Shown here in pieces: positions 19,506 to 30,800 of a DNA stretch of 64,000 nt. The notes beneath the pieces were generated by a model. That model saw only the letters and a list, made by a program, of their open reading frames with translations, was not told the DNA's origin and ran no database searches. A program made the translations under genes and the position numbers. Source of the stretch: a virus; IMG/VR virus record IMGVR_UViG_3300017917_002116, positions 32,001 through 96,000 of that record; one strand, given 5' to 3'. How positions within the stretch are numbered: position 1 is the first letter of the stretch; the number at the start of each line of letters is the position of its first letter.

Positions 19506-22500
19506 ATGCCTTTAATTAAAGCCAGATCAAGTTCTATTCAAGACGACGTTGCACTGCGCGGCCAACCTACATCGCCAACAGCTATGCAAAACGTTAATAC
19601 AACTCAGATTGCCAGTACTGCGTATGTTCGTACTGCAATTGCAGATTTGATCGACTCTAGTCCAGCACTATTAGATACATTAAATGAATTAGCTGCTGCC
19701 CTAGGTAATGATGCAAATTTTGCCACCACCGTTGCTAATGATATCGCCACCAAGGTATCAAAAGCTGGTGACACAATGACAGGCCCACTAGTTTTAAGTG
19801 GTGCACCTATACAAAACTTACACGCTGCTACTAAAAAGTACGTTGATGATGCCATCAACGCACAGATGATTTATAGTACAGACGACGTTAACGAAGGTAG
19901 TTTAAATTTATACTACACAGACACTCGTGTGCGTGCAGCGGTAAGTTTATCTAGTGATAATACTAGCGTATTAGACTATGATTACACAACAGGCCAGTTC
20001 ACATATAGCCATCCAAACAGTGACGGTATTTTAGAAGGTTCAACAAACAAATATTATACAGACGCTCGTGTTAGAAACGCTGTTAGTTTAACAAGTGATG
20101 ATGGCCAAATTCTTTCTTATAGTAGTTCTACCGGTGTGTTTACATTTACAACACCCGATACAGACAAAATTGTTGAAGGTAGCACAAACTTATATTTTAC
20201 AACAGCCCGTGCCCGTAATAGCGTAAGCAATGGTTCAAACATTGATTATGATAGCTCAACTGGTATCATCAGTACACAGGCTGCTGTTTGGAGCGTTAAC
20301 GGTCAAAACCACACTGTTGTATTAGATACAGATGACATCAGCGAAGGCAGTGCTAATTTATATTTTACCAACGCACGCGGCCGCAGTTCCGTAAGTCTAA
20401 CAACTGACAACAGCAACATTCTAAGCTACAGCAGTGGTACTGGTGTATTCACATGGACAACACCTGATACAGATGCTATCAGTGAAGGTAGCACAAATCT
20501 ATATTTTACAAACGCTCGTGCTCGCTCAGCAATTAGTGTAAGTTCCAGCTGGAACAACATTAGCTATGATAATTCCTCTGGTGTCATCACAGTAAACGCA
20601 CCAAATACAGACGATGTTACTGAAGGTAGTACAAACAAGTATTACACAGATGCAAGAGCTCGTAATGCTGTAAGTCTATCATCTGATAATGCCAGCGTTT
20701 TAGACTATGACAATACAACTGGTGTATTCACATTTACACTGGGCAATCAGACAACTGATGACGTTGCTGAAGGTACTAATAACTTATATTTTACTACAGC
20801 CCGTGCACGTCAGAGCATTAGTACAAGTGGTTGGGGTAACCTAAGTTACAATAGTTCTACAGGTATTATTGATATCACAGCACCTAGCACAGATGATGTC
20901 AGTGAAGGTTCTAACCTATATTTCACAACTACAAGAGCACGTAACTCTGTAAGTGCTAATGATGCAGGTGGTGATGGTAGCTTCAGCTATGATAGCGCAA
21001 CTGGTACATTCACATATACTGGTCCTAGTGCATCAGAAGCTCGTGCACATTTTGGTGCCACACAATTAGGTGGTGATGGTAGCTTTAGTTATGACAGTAC
21101 AACTGGTGTATTCACTTATGATGGCCCAACTAATGCAGATTACCGTCAGGCTGTAAGTGCCAACGCTAACAGTGGCGACGGCAATTTACAATACGACAGT
21201 ACAACTGGTGTATTCACTTATGATGGTCCAACTAATGCAGACTATCGTGGTGCAATCAGTGCAACAAAAGTCAGCGGAGATGGCGACATTTCTTATAGCA
21301 CAGTTACTGGTGTAATCAGCTACACAGGACCAAGTGCTAGTGAAACTCGCGCTCACTTCAGTGCTACTACAAGTGGTACAGGTTTCGGTGGCCTAACATA
21401 TGATAGTGCAACCGGTGTTTTCACATATGCCAAAGTTACCGCCAGCGACGTTCGCGGTAACCTAAGTGCTACAACAGCAACTGGTGCTCAATATGACAGC
21501 TCAACTGGCGTATTCAGCTTATCAGGAATTCCTAACAGCAGCCTAACAAACAGCGACATCACTGTTAACGGTTATACTACTGCTTTAGGCTCTAGCGTAA
21601 CACTAGATACCGATGATGTATCAGAAGGTTCAAATAACCTATACTACACACAGGCTCGTTTTGACAGCGCATTAGCTGCCAAGACAACTGATGATGTATC
21701 AGAAGGTTCAAATAACCTATACTACACACAGGCTCGTTTTGACAGTGCATTTGCTGCCAAAGACACAGGTGATCTAGCTGAAGATCCAAACGCAACAGTA
21801 ACAAGCGGTACAATGTACTTTACACAAAGTCGCGCTCGTAACACACTAAGTGGTGGTACTGGTGTAACATATACAGCCGCAACTGGTGTTATTGAGATTG
21901 GTCAGGCAGTTGGTACAACTGACAACGTTACATTCAACGATGTAACAGTTGCAGGTGACTTAACAGTTCAAGGTACAATGACTGCTATCCAGTCAACTAC
22001 TGTTGAAATTAACGATTTGAACCTAACATTGGCTAAAGGTAGTGCTAATGCCGCTCAAGCTAACGGTGCAGGTTTAACAGTTGACGGTGCCGGTGCTACC
22101 ATCACTTATGCAAGTGGTACAGATAGCTGGGACTTCAATAAAGATGTAAATGTTAATGGTGACTTTGCAACAACAGGTAGCTTGACAGCCGCTAGCTTTA
22201 CTGGTCCTCTAACCGGTGATGTAACTGGTAACGTAACTGGTAACGTAACTGGTAACGTAACAGGCAACATAACAAGTTCAGGTACTAGCACATTTGCTAC
22301 GGTTGACATCAATGGTGGTAACATCGATGGTACAACAATTGGTGGTGCAACTCCTGCCGCTATAACAGGTACAACTGTAACAGCTACAACAGGCTTTACA
22401 GGCGACCTAACTGGTAATGTAACTGGTAATGTAACTGGTGACCTAACTGGTAATGTAACTGGTAATGTAACTGGTGACCTAACTGGTAATGTAACTGGTC

Positions 22501-24347
22501 AAGTTAGCGATCTAAGCAATCACGATACAGATGATGTTGCTGAAGGCGTTACAAACCTATACTTTACAGATGCCCGTGCAAGAGCAGCAGTAAGTGCCAA
22601 CGATGCAGGCGGTGATGGTAGCTTCAGTTATAATAGCACAACTGGTGTATTCACATATACTGGACCAAGCGCAAGCGAAACTCGCGCACATCTAAGTGCC
22701 ACAACAAGTGGTACTGGTCATGGTAACCTAACATACGATAACACAACTGGTGTATTCACATATGCTAAAGTTACAGCGTCTGACGTACGCGGTGACTTGG
22801 GTGCTAATAAATCAGGCGGTGACGGTAACTTCAGTTATGACAGTGCAACTGGTGTGTTCACATACACTGGTCCTGACTTCAATGACTATCGTCAGGCTGT
22901 AAGTGCTAATGATGCAGGTGGTGATGGTAGCTTCAGCTATGACAGTTCAACCGGTACATTCACATATACCGGACCAAGCGCAAGCGAAACTCGCGCTCAC
23001 TTCAGTGCAACAAGCAACACAGGTATCACATACGACAGCTCAACTGGCGTATTTGCTCTATCTAATATTCCTAATAGCAGTCTAAGCAATGATAGTATCA
23101 CCATTAACGGTGCAACTATTGCTCTTGGTGGTAGTGATACCCTAGATACCGATGACATCGGTGAAGGTACAACAAACCTATACTTCTTGAACAGTCGTGC
23201 TAGAAATGCAGTTAGTTTGACAACAAACAACTCTACAGTTCTAGACTATGACAATACAACTGGTGTGTTTACATTTGATCTAGGTAATTCCACTACAGAT
23301 GATATCGCTGAAGGTGCTACAAACCTATATTTTACAGATGCTCGTGCACGTAACAGTATCAGCGTAAGCGGTTGGGGCAATTTAAGCTACAACAGCACAT
23401 CTGGTGTTATTACTATTAGTGCACCAAGTACAGATGATGTGTCTGAAGGCACAAACTTATACTTTACACAGGCCCGCGCTCGTCAGAGTGTAAGTTTAAC
23501 CAGTGATAACCAAGGCGTATTGTCTTATGACAATTCTACTGGTACATTCACGTTCAGTCTATCAAGTAGTACAACTGATGATGTCGCTGAAGGTAGCACA
23601 AACTTATACTTCACTACCGCTCGCGCACGTAATAGTATAAGCAACGGCTCAAATATCAACTACGATAGTTCAACTGGTATTATTAGCACACAGGCAGCAG
23701 TCTGGAGTGTTAACGGTCAAAACCACACAGTTGTACTAGATACAGATGACATCAGCGAAGGCAGTACAAATCTATACTTCACTGATGCCCGTGCTCGTAG
23801 TGCTATCACTCTAAATACAGATAATAGCAATATTCTGGATTACGATACAGGTACTGGTGTATTTGATTTTGTAACGCCAACAACTGACGCAATCAGTGAA
23901 GGTTCAACTAACCTATACTACACAAATGCTCGTGCAGATGCCCGTATAGCAGCGGCAAGTATCCGTGATTTAAGTGATGTCAATAAGACAGAATCTTTAC
24001 AAGACGGTTATACACTAGTTTGGTCTAGTGCTTTAGGCGAATTCGTTCCACAGAACGTTGCTGTAACAGCTACTACATTGAACTTTACTGGTGACGGTAC
24101 AACAGATACTTTCAGTACTGGCGTTGAAGTTACTAGTATTGATAACACTCAAGTGTATATCAACGGTTTAATTCAGGCACCTACATACTCTTACACACTT
24201 AGCACAACTAATAATGTAACAAGTATCGTGTTTGACGTCGCTCCAGAAACCAACGACTACATTTTCGTTCGTGTAACTGCTACAAGTAGTTTAACTGCTG
24301 GTGGTATTCTAAACGAAAACAGTACTGTTGACGGTGGTACATTCTAA
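19506..24347 (+). CDS. Giant repetitive fibre protein (1613 aa)
   Basis: N-terminal SPALLDTLNELAAALGND fibre motif; about 17-18 TDDxxEGxxNLY(F/Y)TxAR repeats; YDSxTGVFTY and GNVT repeats. Confidence 0.8.
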   Translation: MPLIKARSSSIQDDVALRGQPTSPTAMQNVNTTQIASTAYVRTAIADLIDSSPALLDTLNELAAALGNDANFATTVANDIATKVSKAGDTMTGPLVLSGAPIQNLHAATKKYVDDAINAQMIYSTDDVNEGSLNLYYTDTRVRAAVSLSSDNTSVLDYDYTTGQFTYSHPNSDGILEGSTNKYYTDARVRNAVSLTSDDGQILSYSSSTGVFTFTTPDTDKIVEGSTNLYFTTARARNSVSNGSNIDYDSSTGIISTQAAVWSVNGQNHTVVLDTDDISEGSANLYFTNARGRSSVSLTTDNSNILSYSSGTGVFTWTTPDTDAISEGSTNLYFTNARARSAISVSSSWNNISYDNSSGVITVNAPNTDDVTEGSTNKYYTDARARNAVSLSSDNASVLDYDNTTGVFTFTLGNQTTDDVAEGTNNLYFTTARARQSISTSGWGNLSYNSSTGIIDITAPSTDDVSEGSNLYFTTTRARNSVSANDAGGDGSFSYDSATGTFTYTGPSASEARAHFGATQLGGDGSFSYDSTTGVFTYDGPTNADYRQAVSANANSGDGNLQYDSTTGVFTYDGPTNADYRGAISATKVSGDGDISYSTVTGVISYTGPSASETRAHFSATTSGTGFGGLTYDSATGVFTYAKVTASDVRGNLSATTATGAQYDSSTGVFSLSGIPNSSLTNSDITVNGYTTALGSSVTLDTDDVSEGSNNLYYTQARFDSALAAKTTDDVSEGSNNLYYTQARFDSAFAAKDTGDLAEDPNATVTSGTMYFTQSRARNTLSGGTGVTYTAATGVIEIGQAVGTTDNVTFNDVTVAGDLTVQGTMTAIQSTTVEINDLNLTLAKGSANAAQANGAGLTVDGAGATITYASGTDSWDFNKDVNVNGDFATTGSLTAASFTGPLTGDVTGNVTGNVTGNVTGNITSSGTSTFATVDINGGNIDGTTIGGATPAAITGTTVTATTGFTGDLTGNVTGNVTGDLTGNVTGNVTGDLTGNVTGQVSDLSNHDTDDVAEGVTNLYFTDARARAAVSANDAGGDGSFSYNSTTGVFTYTGPSASETRAHLSATTSGTGHGNLTYDNTTGVFTYAKVTASDVRGDLGANKSGGDGNFSYDSATGVFTYTGPDFNDYRQAVSANDAGGDGSFSYDSSTGTFTYTGPSASETRAHFSATSNTGITYDSSTGVFALSNIPNSSLSNDSITINGATIALGGSDTLDTDDIGEGTTNLYFLNSRARNAVSLTTNNSTVLDYDNTTGVFTFDLGNSTTDDIAEGATNLYFTDARARNSISVSGWGNLSYNSTSGVITISAPSTDDVSEGTNLYFTQARARQSVSLTSDNQGVLSYDNSTGTFTFSLSSSTTDDVAEGSTNLYFTTARARNSISNGSNINYDSSTGIISTQAAVWSVNGQNHTVVLDTDDISEGSTNLYFTDARARSAITLNTDNSNILDYDTGTGVFDFVTPTTDAISEGSTNLYYTNARADARIAAASIRDLSDVNKTESLQDGYTLVWSSALGEFVPQNVAVTATTLNFTGDGTTDTFSTGVEVTSIDNTQVYINGLIQAPTYSYTLSTTNNVTSIVFDVAPETNDYIFVRVTATSSLTAGGILNENSTVDGGTF
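21612..21766 (+). repeat. Near-exact 78-bp tandem duplication within the fibre gene
   Basis: GATGATGTATCAGAAGGTTCAAATAACCTATACTACACACAGGCTCGTTTTGACAG occurs at 21612 and 21690. Confidence 0.9.
22215..22500 (+). repeat. Two blocks of 12-bp tandem repeats (GTAACTGGTAAY) encoding G(N/D)(V/L)T
   Basis: Visible at about 22215-22265 and 22400-22500. Confidence 0.85.
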
Positions 24348-24373
24348 TTAAGAAATTGGTTAGAAAATACTAG

Positions 24374-24399
24374 GAAAAGGTGCAGAAATGCACCTTTTC
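24374..24399 (+). terminator. Rho-independent terminator followed by late promoter TATAAATA (24415-24422)
   Basis: GAAAAGGTGCA-GAAA-TGCACCTTTTC. Confidence 0.85.
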
Positions 24400-24442
24400 T
24401 TATTTTTGATTTCGTATAAATATACGATAATGGATCTAAAAT

Positions 24443-26254
24443 ATGCCACTTTTTAGAGGTAAAAATTTCGTCAGTGCGGTATCTGATTATAAAGACAGCG
24501 TCAGAGTAGCAACGAGGTCAAATGTAAATTTGGCCGCGACCGTTACCACAGTTGATGGTGTGAATCTTGCCGATAAAGACAGGGTATTATTGGTTGGTCA
24601 AACAAATCTAACACAAAATGGCATCTACGCATGGTCAATATCAGACAGCAGATTAGCAAGAGCCACTGATTCCGACAGTATTTTTGAATTAAGTCCCGGT
24701 AACAAGGTCTATGTAGAAGAAGGCAATAGCCACGCCAAAACCACCTGGACATTGATCACTCAGGGTGTAATCACACCTGGCATCAGTAATTTGGTTTTCG
24801 CCAAGGAAACCAGAATTAGTACTTCAGAAATTAGTGGTACCTATGGTAGTGCAACAAAAACACTTCAAATTACAGTTGATGAAACCGGCCAAATCAATGC
24901 AGTAACGGAATACACAATCGATGGATTGCCCAGTCAAACTGGCAATACTGGAAAGTATTTAAAAACAAACGGATCAACGGCTAGCTGGGATACAATATCA
25001 ACTACATTGGCAGGATTATCAGATGTAGATGTAACTGGCGTCGCCGACAATTATATTTTAATTTATAACGATGCTACAGATACTTGGGTAGCAGGCCAAG
25101 GTGTGGCAGATGGTACGGTTGTTGATGGCGGTAATTTGGATGGTCCTAGTGGCAATTCCGGTGTTACTGCGGTAACTGAAACGCATAGTATCGATGACCT
25201 AAGTGATGTTGACACTACCACAACAGCACCAACCAATGGTCAGGCCCTTGTTTGGAATAGCACAAGTAGTAAATGGTTACCAGGTACCATATCTGCAGGC
25301 GGCGGAGGTGGAATTAGCCTGACTGATTTAAGTGTCACTGTAAATTCTGCAGGGTCTTCCACACTAAGTTATAATAATTCAACTGGCGTGTTCACGTTTA
25401 CTCCGCCGGATTTGTCTTGGTCAAATATTACAAGCAAACCTACATTTGCCACAGTGGCAACTAGTGGCAGTTATACTGATTTAACTAACAAGCCAACTAT
25501 ACCAACAGTTCCAACCACAGTAAGTTCATTTACAAATGATGCTGGATATTTGACCAGTGTTGGTTCAATTAGCTATAACGACCTAACAAATAAGCCAACA
25601 TTGTTCTCGGGTGCGTATGCAGATTTAACCGGCAAGCCAACATTGTTCAGTGGTAGTTATACTGATCTAACAAGTAAACCAACTATACCAACAAAAGTAA
25701 GCGATTTAACAAATGATAGTGGTTTTATTACCGGAGTAAGTTGGACGCAAGTAACCAGTAAACCCACATTTGCCACAGTGGCAACTAGTGGCAGTTATAA
25801 TGACTTAACAAGTAAACCAACAATACCAACAAATGTCAGTGATTTAACAAATGATTCAGGATTTGTTACTACGTCAGGAGCAAGAAGTGCAATTAGTGTT
25901 AGTGGTAGTCTAAGTTATAATAATTCTACCGGTGTTATTAGTTATACTCAACCAAATCCTTACTTGACTTGGGAAATAGTTACATCGAATACTACCTGTG
26001 TAGCAGGTAAAGGGTATTTTGTTGATACCTCATCCAGTGCAGTAACAATGACATTACCTGTGTCAGCGACATTGGGTGACACTATAAGATTTAATGATTT
26101 AGCAGGAACATTTGCTACAAACAATTTAACTGTATCTAGAAATGGACATAAAATACAAGGACAAACAGACAATTTAGTAGTAACAACAAATCAATCGAGT
26201 TTTGGTTTGGTATACAGTAATGCCACATACGGCTGGAAGATAATGGAGTTATAA
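24443..26254 (+). CDS. Fibre/structural protein
   Basis: DYKDSVRVAT..DRVLL..Q...QNGIY domain; SYxDLTxKPT repeats; C-terminal GYFVDTS..TLP.SATLGD..RNGHKIQG domain. Confidence 0.75.
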   Translation: MPLFRGKNFVSAVSDYKDSVRVATRSNVNLAATVTTVDGVNLADKDRVLLVGQTNLTQNGIYAWSISDSRLARATDSDSIFELSPGNKVYVEEGNSHAKTTWTLITQGVITPGISNLVFAKETRISTSEISGTYGSATKTLQITVDETGQINAVTEYTIDGLPSQTGNTGKYLKTNGSTASWDTISTTLAGLSDVDVTGVADNYILIYNDATDTWVAGQGVADGTVVDGGNLDGPSGNSGVTAVTETHSIDDLSDVDTTTTAPTNGQALVWNSTSSKWLPGTISAGGGGGISLTDLSVTVNSAGSSTLSYNNSTGVFTFTPPDLSWSNITSKPTFATVATSGSYTDLTNKPTIPTVPTTVSSFTNDAGYLTSVGSISYNDLTNKPTLFSGAYADLTGKPTLFSGSYTDLTSKPTIPTKVSDLTNDSGFITGVSWTQVTSKPTFATVATSGSYNDLTSKPTIPTNVSDLTNDSGFVTTSGARSAISVSGSLSYNNSTGVISYTQPNPYLTWEIVTSNTTCVAGKGYFVDTSSSAVTMTLPVSATLGDTIRFNDLAGTFATNNLTVSRNGHKIQGQTDNLVVTTNQSSFGLVYSNATYGWKIMEL

Positions 26255-27399
26255 TGCCATTAGATTTAGGAAATATAAAAAGCGCCAATACAATACCCGC
26301 AGACAGTTCAGTATCATCTAATAAACTAGCCTCTGGTGCAGTAACCTTGGATAAATTAGGAACCGACGCGGTAATTCCAAGAATTTCTACAATAGAAGTA
26401 ACAGATAGTAGTTGGACAGTTTTAGATGATACCGCAGTAGACACCTCCGGTGGATATATCAAAATTACGGGTTCGGGATTTTTAACTGGTTGCAATGTTG
26501 TTATTGGCACTACAACAGCAACTTCGGTTACTGTGGTTAACAGCACTACTTTGAGAGTTCAAGTGCCTGCGCTGTCAGCAGCCACTTATAATGTTTATGC
26601 TGTTAACACCGACGGAGGTACAGGAACAAAAATTAACGGATTAACTTATAGTGCATTACCTTCTTGGGTAACATCTAGCAGTCTTTCAGCAACATCCGGA
26701 GTTGCATTTAGTACACAATTAAGTGCTACAGAAGCAACTAGTTATGCGTTAGTTAGTGGTTCTTCCTTACCCACCGGGGCAACATTAACATCGGGTGGAT
26801 TACTAAGTGGTACTATTACGGTGGCTAATCCAACCACATATAATTTTACTATCAATGCTGTTGATGCTCAAAATCAAGATAGTCAGCGAGCATTTTCCTT
26901 AGCAGTTAGTACATTGGCTGGAATACGTTGTAGATATATGCGTATTGTTCAGACTAGCACTGCTTATGGAAACCATACGGTATGGCAACTTATAGTTAAA
27001 GGTAATACAGATGCTAATGGTACACAACGTTTCTTATTTAATGATAGTGCAATCCGTTCAGCAATTACTGCACCTGCTGCTAGTTGGGGCAACGGCTTTG
27101 CACAAATAGACGGAAGCACAGGCGCTTTCCAAACTTATTTCAGAAATACTGCTGGCCTTGCTTCTGGGGGATACTATTACTATATTTCAGATGCCAACGC
27201 TAATATAAGTTATACATTTGATTTTACTACAGCCTTTCCTACTATTTGTGAAGTGTGGATTTCTGGGGTCGCGACCAACGGATATACTTATTATAATAAC
27301 GGATACGTTCAATTTAGTTTAAATGGTACTACTTGGTCTAATAATTACGCTCTTACCGGTGCTAATGCGTATAACGATATTCCGCCAGTGGTGCTTTGA
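26254..27399 (+). CDS. Virion protein with IPT/TIG and He_PIG Ig-like domains and a variable C-terminal domain
   Basis: GGYIKITGSGF..V.VVNSTTLRVQVP, SLPTGATLTSGGLLSGT, RCRYMRI. Confidence 0.7.
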   Translation: MPLDLGNIKSANTIPADSSVSSNKLASGAVTLDKLGTDAVIPRISTIEVTDSSWTVLDDTAVDTSGGYIKITGSGFLTGCNVVIGTTTATSVTVVNSTTLRVQVPALSAATYNVYAVNTDGGTGTKINGLTYSALPSWVTSSSLSATSGVAFSTQLSATEATSYALVSGSSLPTGATLTSGGLLSGTITVANPTTYNFTINAVDAQNQDSQRAFSLAVSTLAGIRCRYMRIVQTSTAYGNHTVWQLIVKGNTDANGTQRFLFNDSAIRSAITAPAASWGNGFAQIDGSTGAFQTYFRNTAGLASGGYYYYISDANANISYTFDFTTAFPTICEVWISGVATNGYTYYNNGYVQFSLNGTTWSNNYALTGANAYNDIPPVVL

Positions 27400-27470
27400 T
27401 CATATAACCAATAGGTAAATATTCAATTATGATAAAAAGATTAAATTGTAAATAAGGAATAGAAAAAATA

Positions 27471-27717
27471 ATGTCGTTCCCATCAAGTCCTAGTAACGGT
27501 GATCAAGCAACAGTCGGTGGTATACTCTATCAGTATAGCAGCACTACAATATAGTATCAACACTAATTTACTTGGTACATTGACAACAAGTGCCCTGATA
27601 ACTACATTTGTGCTGACAGTGGATAAAAGACTAACTATTTCAACATCTGACGCACTAATTGACCCGGCAGTTGTTAACCCCGAGCAGGCCTACCTGACAG
27701 ACTCAACTTCTGGTTAA
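27471..27717 (+). pseudogene. Disrupted fibre-type gene remnant
   Basis: ATG 27471 gives MSFPSSPSNGDQATVGGILYQYSSTTI then TAG (27552-27554), a typical fibre N-terminal motif. Another frame stays open to 27717. Late TAAATA at 27416 and 27449. Confidence 0.55.
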
Positions 27718-27826
27718 AACACAGAACCTGGGTTATTTTAAAACAATAAAACCAAAGTTTGATAAATACTCTACAGAATAGTAGGAAACGATTGACCTAT
27801 GACTTCAATAGGAGTATATACTCAAA

Positions 27827-30800
27827 ATGGCCAATACAATCATTTTAAAGCGCAGTGCGACCCCTGGTAAGGTACCTACCACGGCTCAACTAGCACTGGG
27901 CGAAATTGCTATTAACACACATGACGGTTTAATCTACATCAAGAAAGACAATGGAACACCCAGCGTAGTTCAAATTGGTGGTGTAACCAGTGTTAACGGC
28001 GAAACCGGTGCAGTAACAATAGACACCGGCGATATTACAGAAAACGGCAATTTGTTCTTTACAAATGCCAGAGCACGTAGCGCACTAAGCGCAGGAACAG
28101 GTATTAGCTACAATAGTGGCACAGGTGCGATCAGTACATCACAAAACCTAAGCACAGCAGGTAGTCCAACATTTGCTGGCTTGACACTAACAGGTGGTAT
28201 CAGTAGTATTGCAGGTAGCATCATTCCTAGTGCTGACGTTACTTATGACCTAGGTAGCTCATCTAAGCAGTGGAAAGATATCTACGTTGGTCCAGGTTCT
28301 TTATACGTTAACGGTAGTAAAGTTCTTCAAGACGATACAGGCACAATTTCTTTCAGTGCTGACACAGACCAAAATATCCGTATTAAGACACTGGGTACAG
28401 GTATTCTACAGTTAGGTTCTAGCTCAACAATATTACAAGTTGACAGTACATTGCAAATTACCAGCGGTAAGAACATTACTGACAGTTCTGGTATCAAAGT
28501 TAATTTCGGTGATAACATCGAAATGAACGGTAACAAAGTTATCGGTCTTGGTGCCCCAAGTTCTGCTAACGATGCCGCCACAAAGACCTATGTGGACACA
28601 CAAGTCGCTGCAATTAGCACAAGCAGTATCAGTCAAGGTAACAGTAACGTTACAGTAACAGACACAGGTACTGGCACAGTAACAGTTACAGTTGACGGTA
28701 GCACAGCTCTTACAGTTGATGCAACCGGTGTAACAGTTGCAGGTAACTTTACAGTTAGCGGTACTCAGACCGTTGTTAACTCAAACACAATTAACTTAGC
28801 TGACAACATTATTACATTGAACAGCGACCATACTGGTGCCCCAAGTCAGAACGCTGGTATTTTAGTTGAGCGTGGCGATGAAGCAGACGTACAACTACGT
28901 TGGAACGAGGGTTCTGACAAGTGGACATTTACCAATGATGGAGCAGTATATTACCCAATGGCGGTAAGCACTACCGATCTAGCTGAAGGTACAAACTTAT
29001 ATTATACAGACACTCGCGCTCGTGGCGCAGTAAGTGCTACAAGTGCTACTGGTATTAGCTATAACAGCGCAACTGGCACATTCAGTTTAGGAAGTATTCC
29101 AAATAGTAGTTTGTCCAACAACAGTATTACTATTAACGGCACATCTGTTGCTCTAGGTGGTACACGTACATTAGATACTGATGCAGTTAGTGAAGGTTCT
29201 ACTAACTTATATCACACAACAACTCGCGCACGTAGCGCAGTGAGTGCAGGCACAGGTATTAGTTATAACAGCACAACTGGTGTAATTAGTACAAGTGCTA
29301 TTCCAAACGCAAGTTTGTCTAACAGCTCAGTGACTGTTGGTTCTACATCAATCAGCTTGGGTGCTAGCTCTACAACATTGGCTGGTTTAACGAGCGTTAC
29401 ATCTACCAGCTTTATTGGTGCACTAACTGGTAATGCTGATACAGCAACTAGCGCAGGTAAGTGGACAACTGGTCGCACAATCACTTTAGGTGGTGACTTA
29501 ACAGGTAGCGTAAGTATTGACGGTAGTGCAAACGTAACCCTAACAGCCACAGTGGCCGCCAACAGCGTTGCACTTGGTACAGATACAACTGGTAACTACA
29601 TGAGCGATGTTACTGCTGGTACAGGTATTAGCGTAAGCCACACAGCAGGTGAAGGCTCTACTGCTACAATCAGCATTGATACAGGTACAACAGTTGATAA
29701 GACAACTGCTCAAACATTGACTAATAAGTCATTGAGCGACAGTACAACTTATTTTATTGATGAAACTGATGGTACTAAGAAACTACAGTTCCAGTTAAGT
29801 GGTATTACTACTGCAACAACTCGTACATTAACAGTACCTGACGTAAGTGGTACAATTATCACAACTGGCGACACTGGTACAGTCACCAATGCAATGTTGG
29901 CAGGTTCTATTGCTAACGCAAAACTAGCTAACAGCACAATCAGCGGCAAGGCACTAGGTACAAACCTAGACGCATTGACAATTGGCACAGGCCTAAGCGG
30001 TACAAGCTATAACGGCAGTAGCGCAGTTACTATTGCTATTGACAGCACTGTTGCTACATTAACAGGTACACAGACACTAACCAATAAGACATTAGGTGCA
30101 ACAACTATTTCAGGTCACTTGACTCCTTCTGTTGACGTGACTTACGACTTGGGTGATGCTACACATAGATTCCGTGATTTATACCTAAGTGGTTCTACAA
30201 TTAAGTTGGGTTCTGCTACAATCTCTGCAAGTGGTTCTGGTGTTGCGATGTCTAGCGTTGTATTGTCCGGTTCTACAAGTGGTACAGTAACATTGTCTGC
30301 ACCTGCGGTTGCTGGAACAACAGCAATTACAGTACCAGCAACAGCTGGCACATTGGTAACAACAGGTGACACTGGTACTGTTACCAACACAATGTTGGCA
30401 GGTAGCATTGCTAACGCAAAATTAGCAAACTCAAGTGTAACAGTTGGTACAACTGCAATTTCATTAGGTTCTAGTTCAACTACACTAGCTGGTATGACTG
30501 GTATTACCTTCAGCGGTAGCACTAGTGGTACAGCACAAATTGTTCCAGCCGCAGTAGCAGGTTCTGGCACAGTATTAACATTACCAGCCGCAACAGGTAC
30601 ATTGGCAACATTGGCCGGTACTGAAACATTGACTAATAAGACAATTGCCGCAGGTAGCAATACAATTAGTGGTTTGACTAACAGTAACTTGAGTGGTACT
30701 GCTGGTATTACTAATGCTAACTTAGCAAACAGCAGTGTAACAGTCACAGCTGGCACTGGCCTAAGCGGCGGTGGTTCAGTAGCACTAGGTAGTAGCGTAA

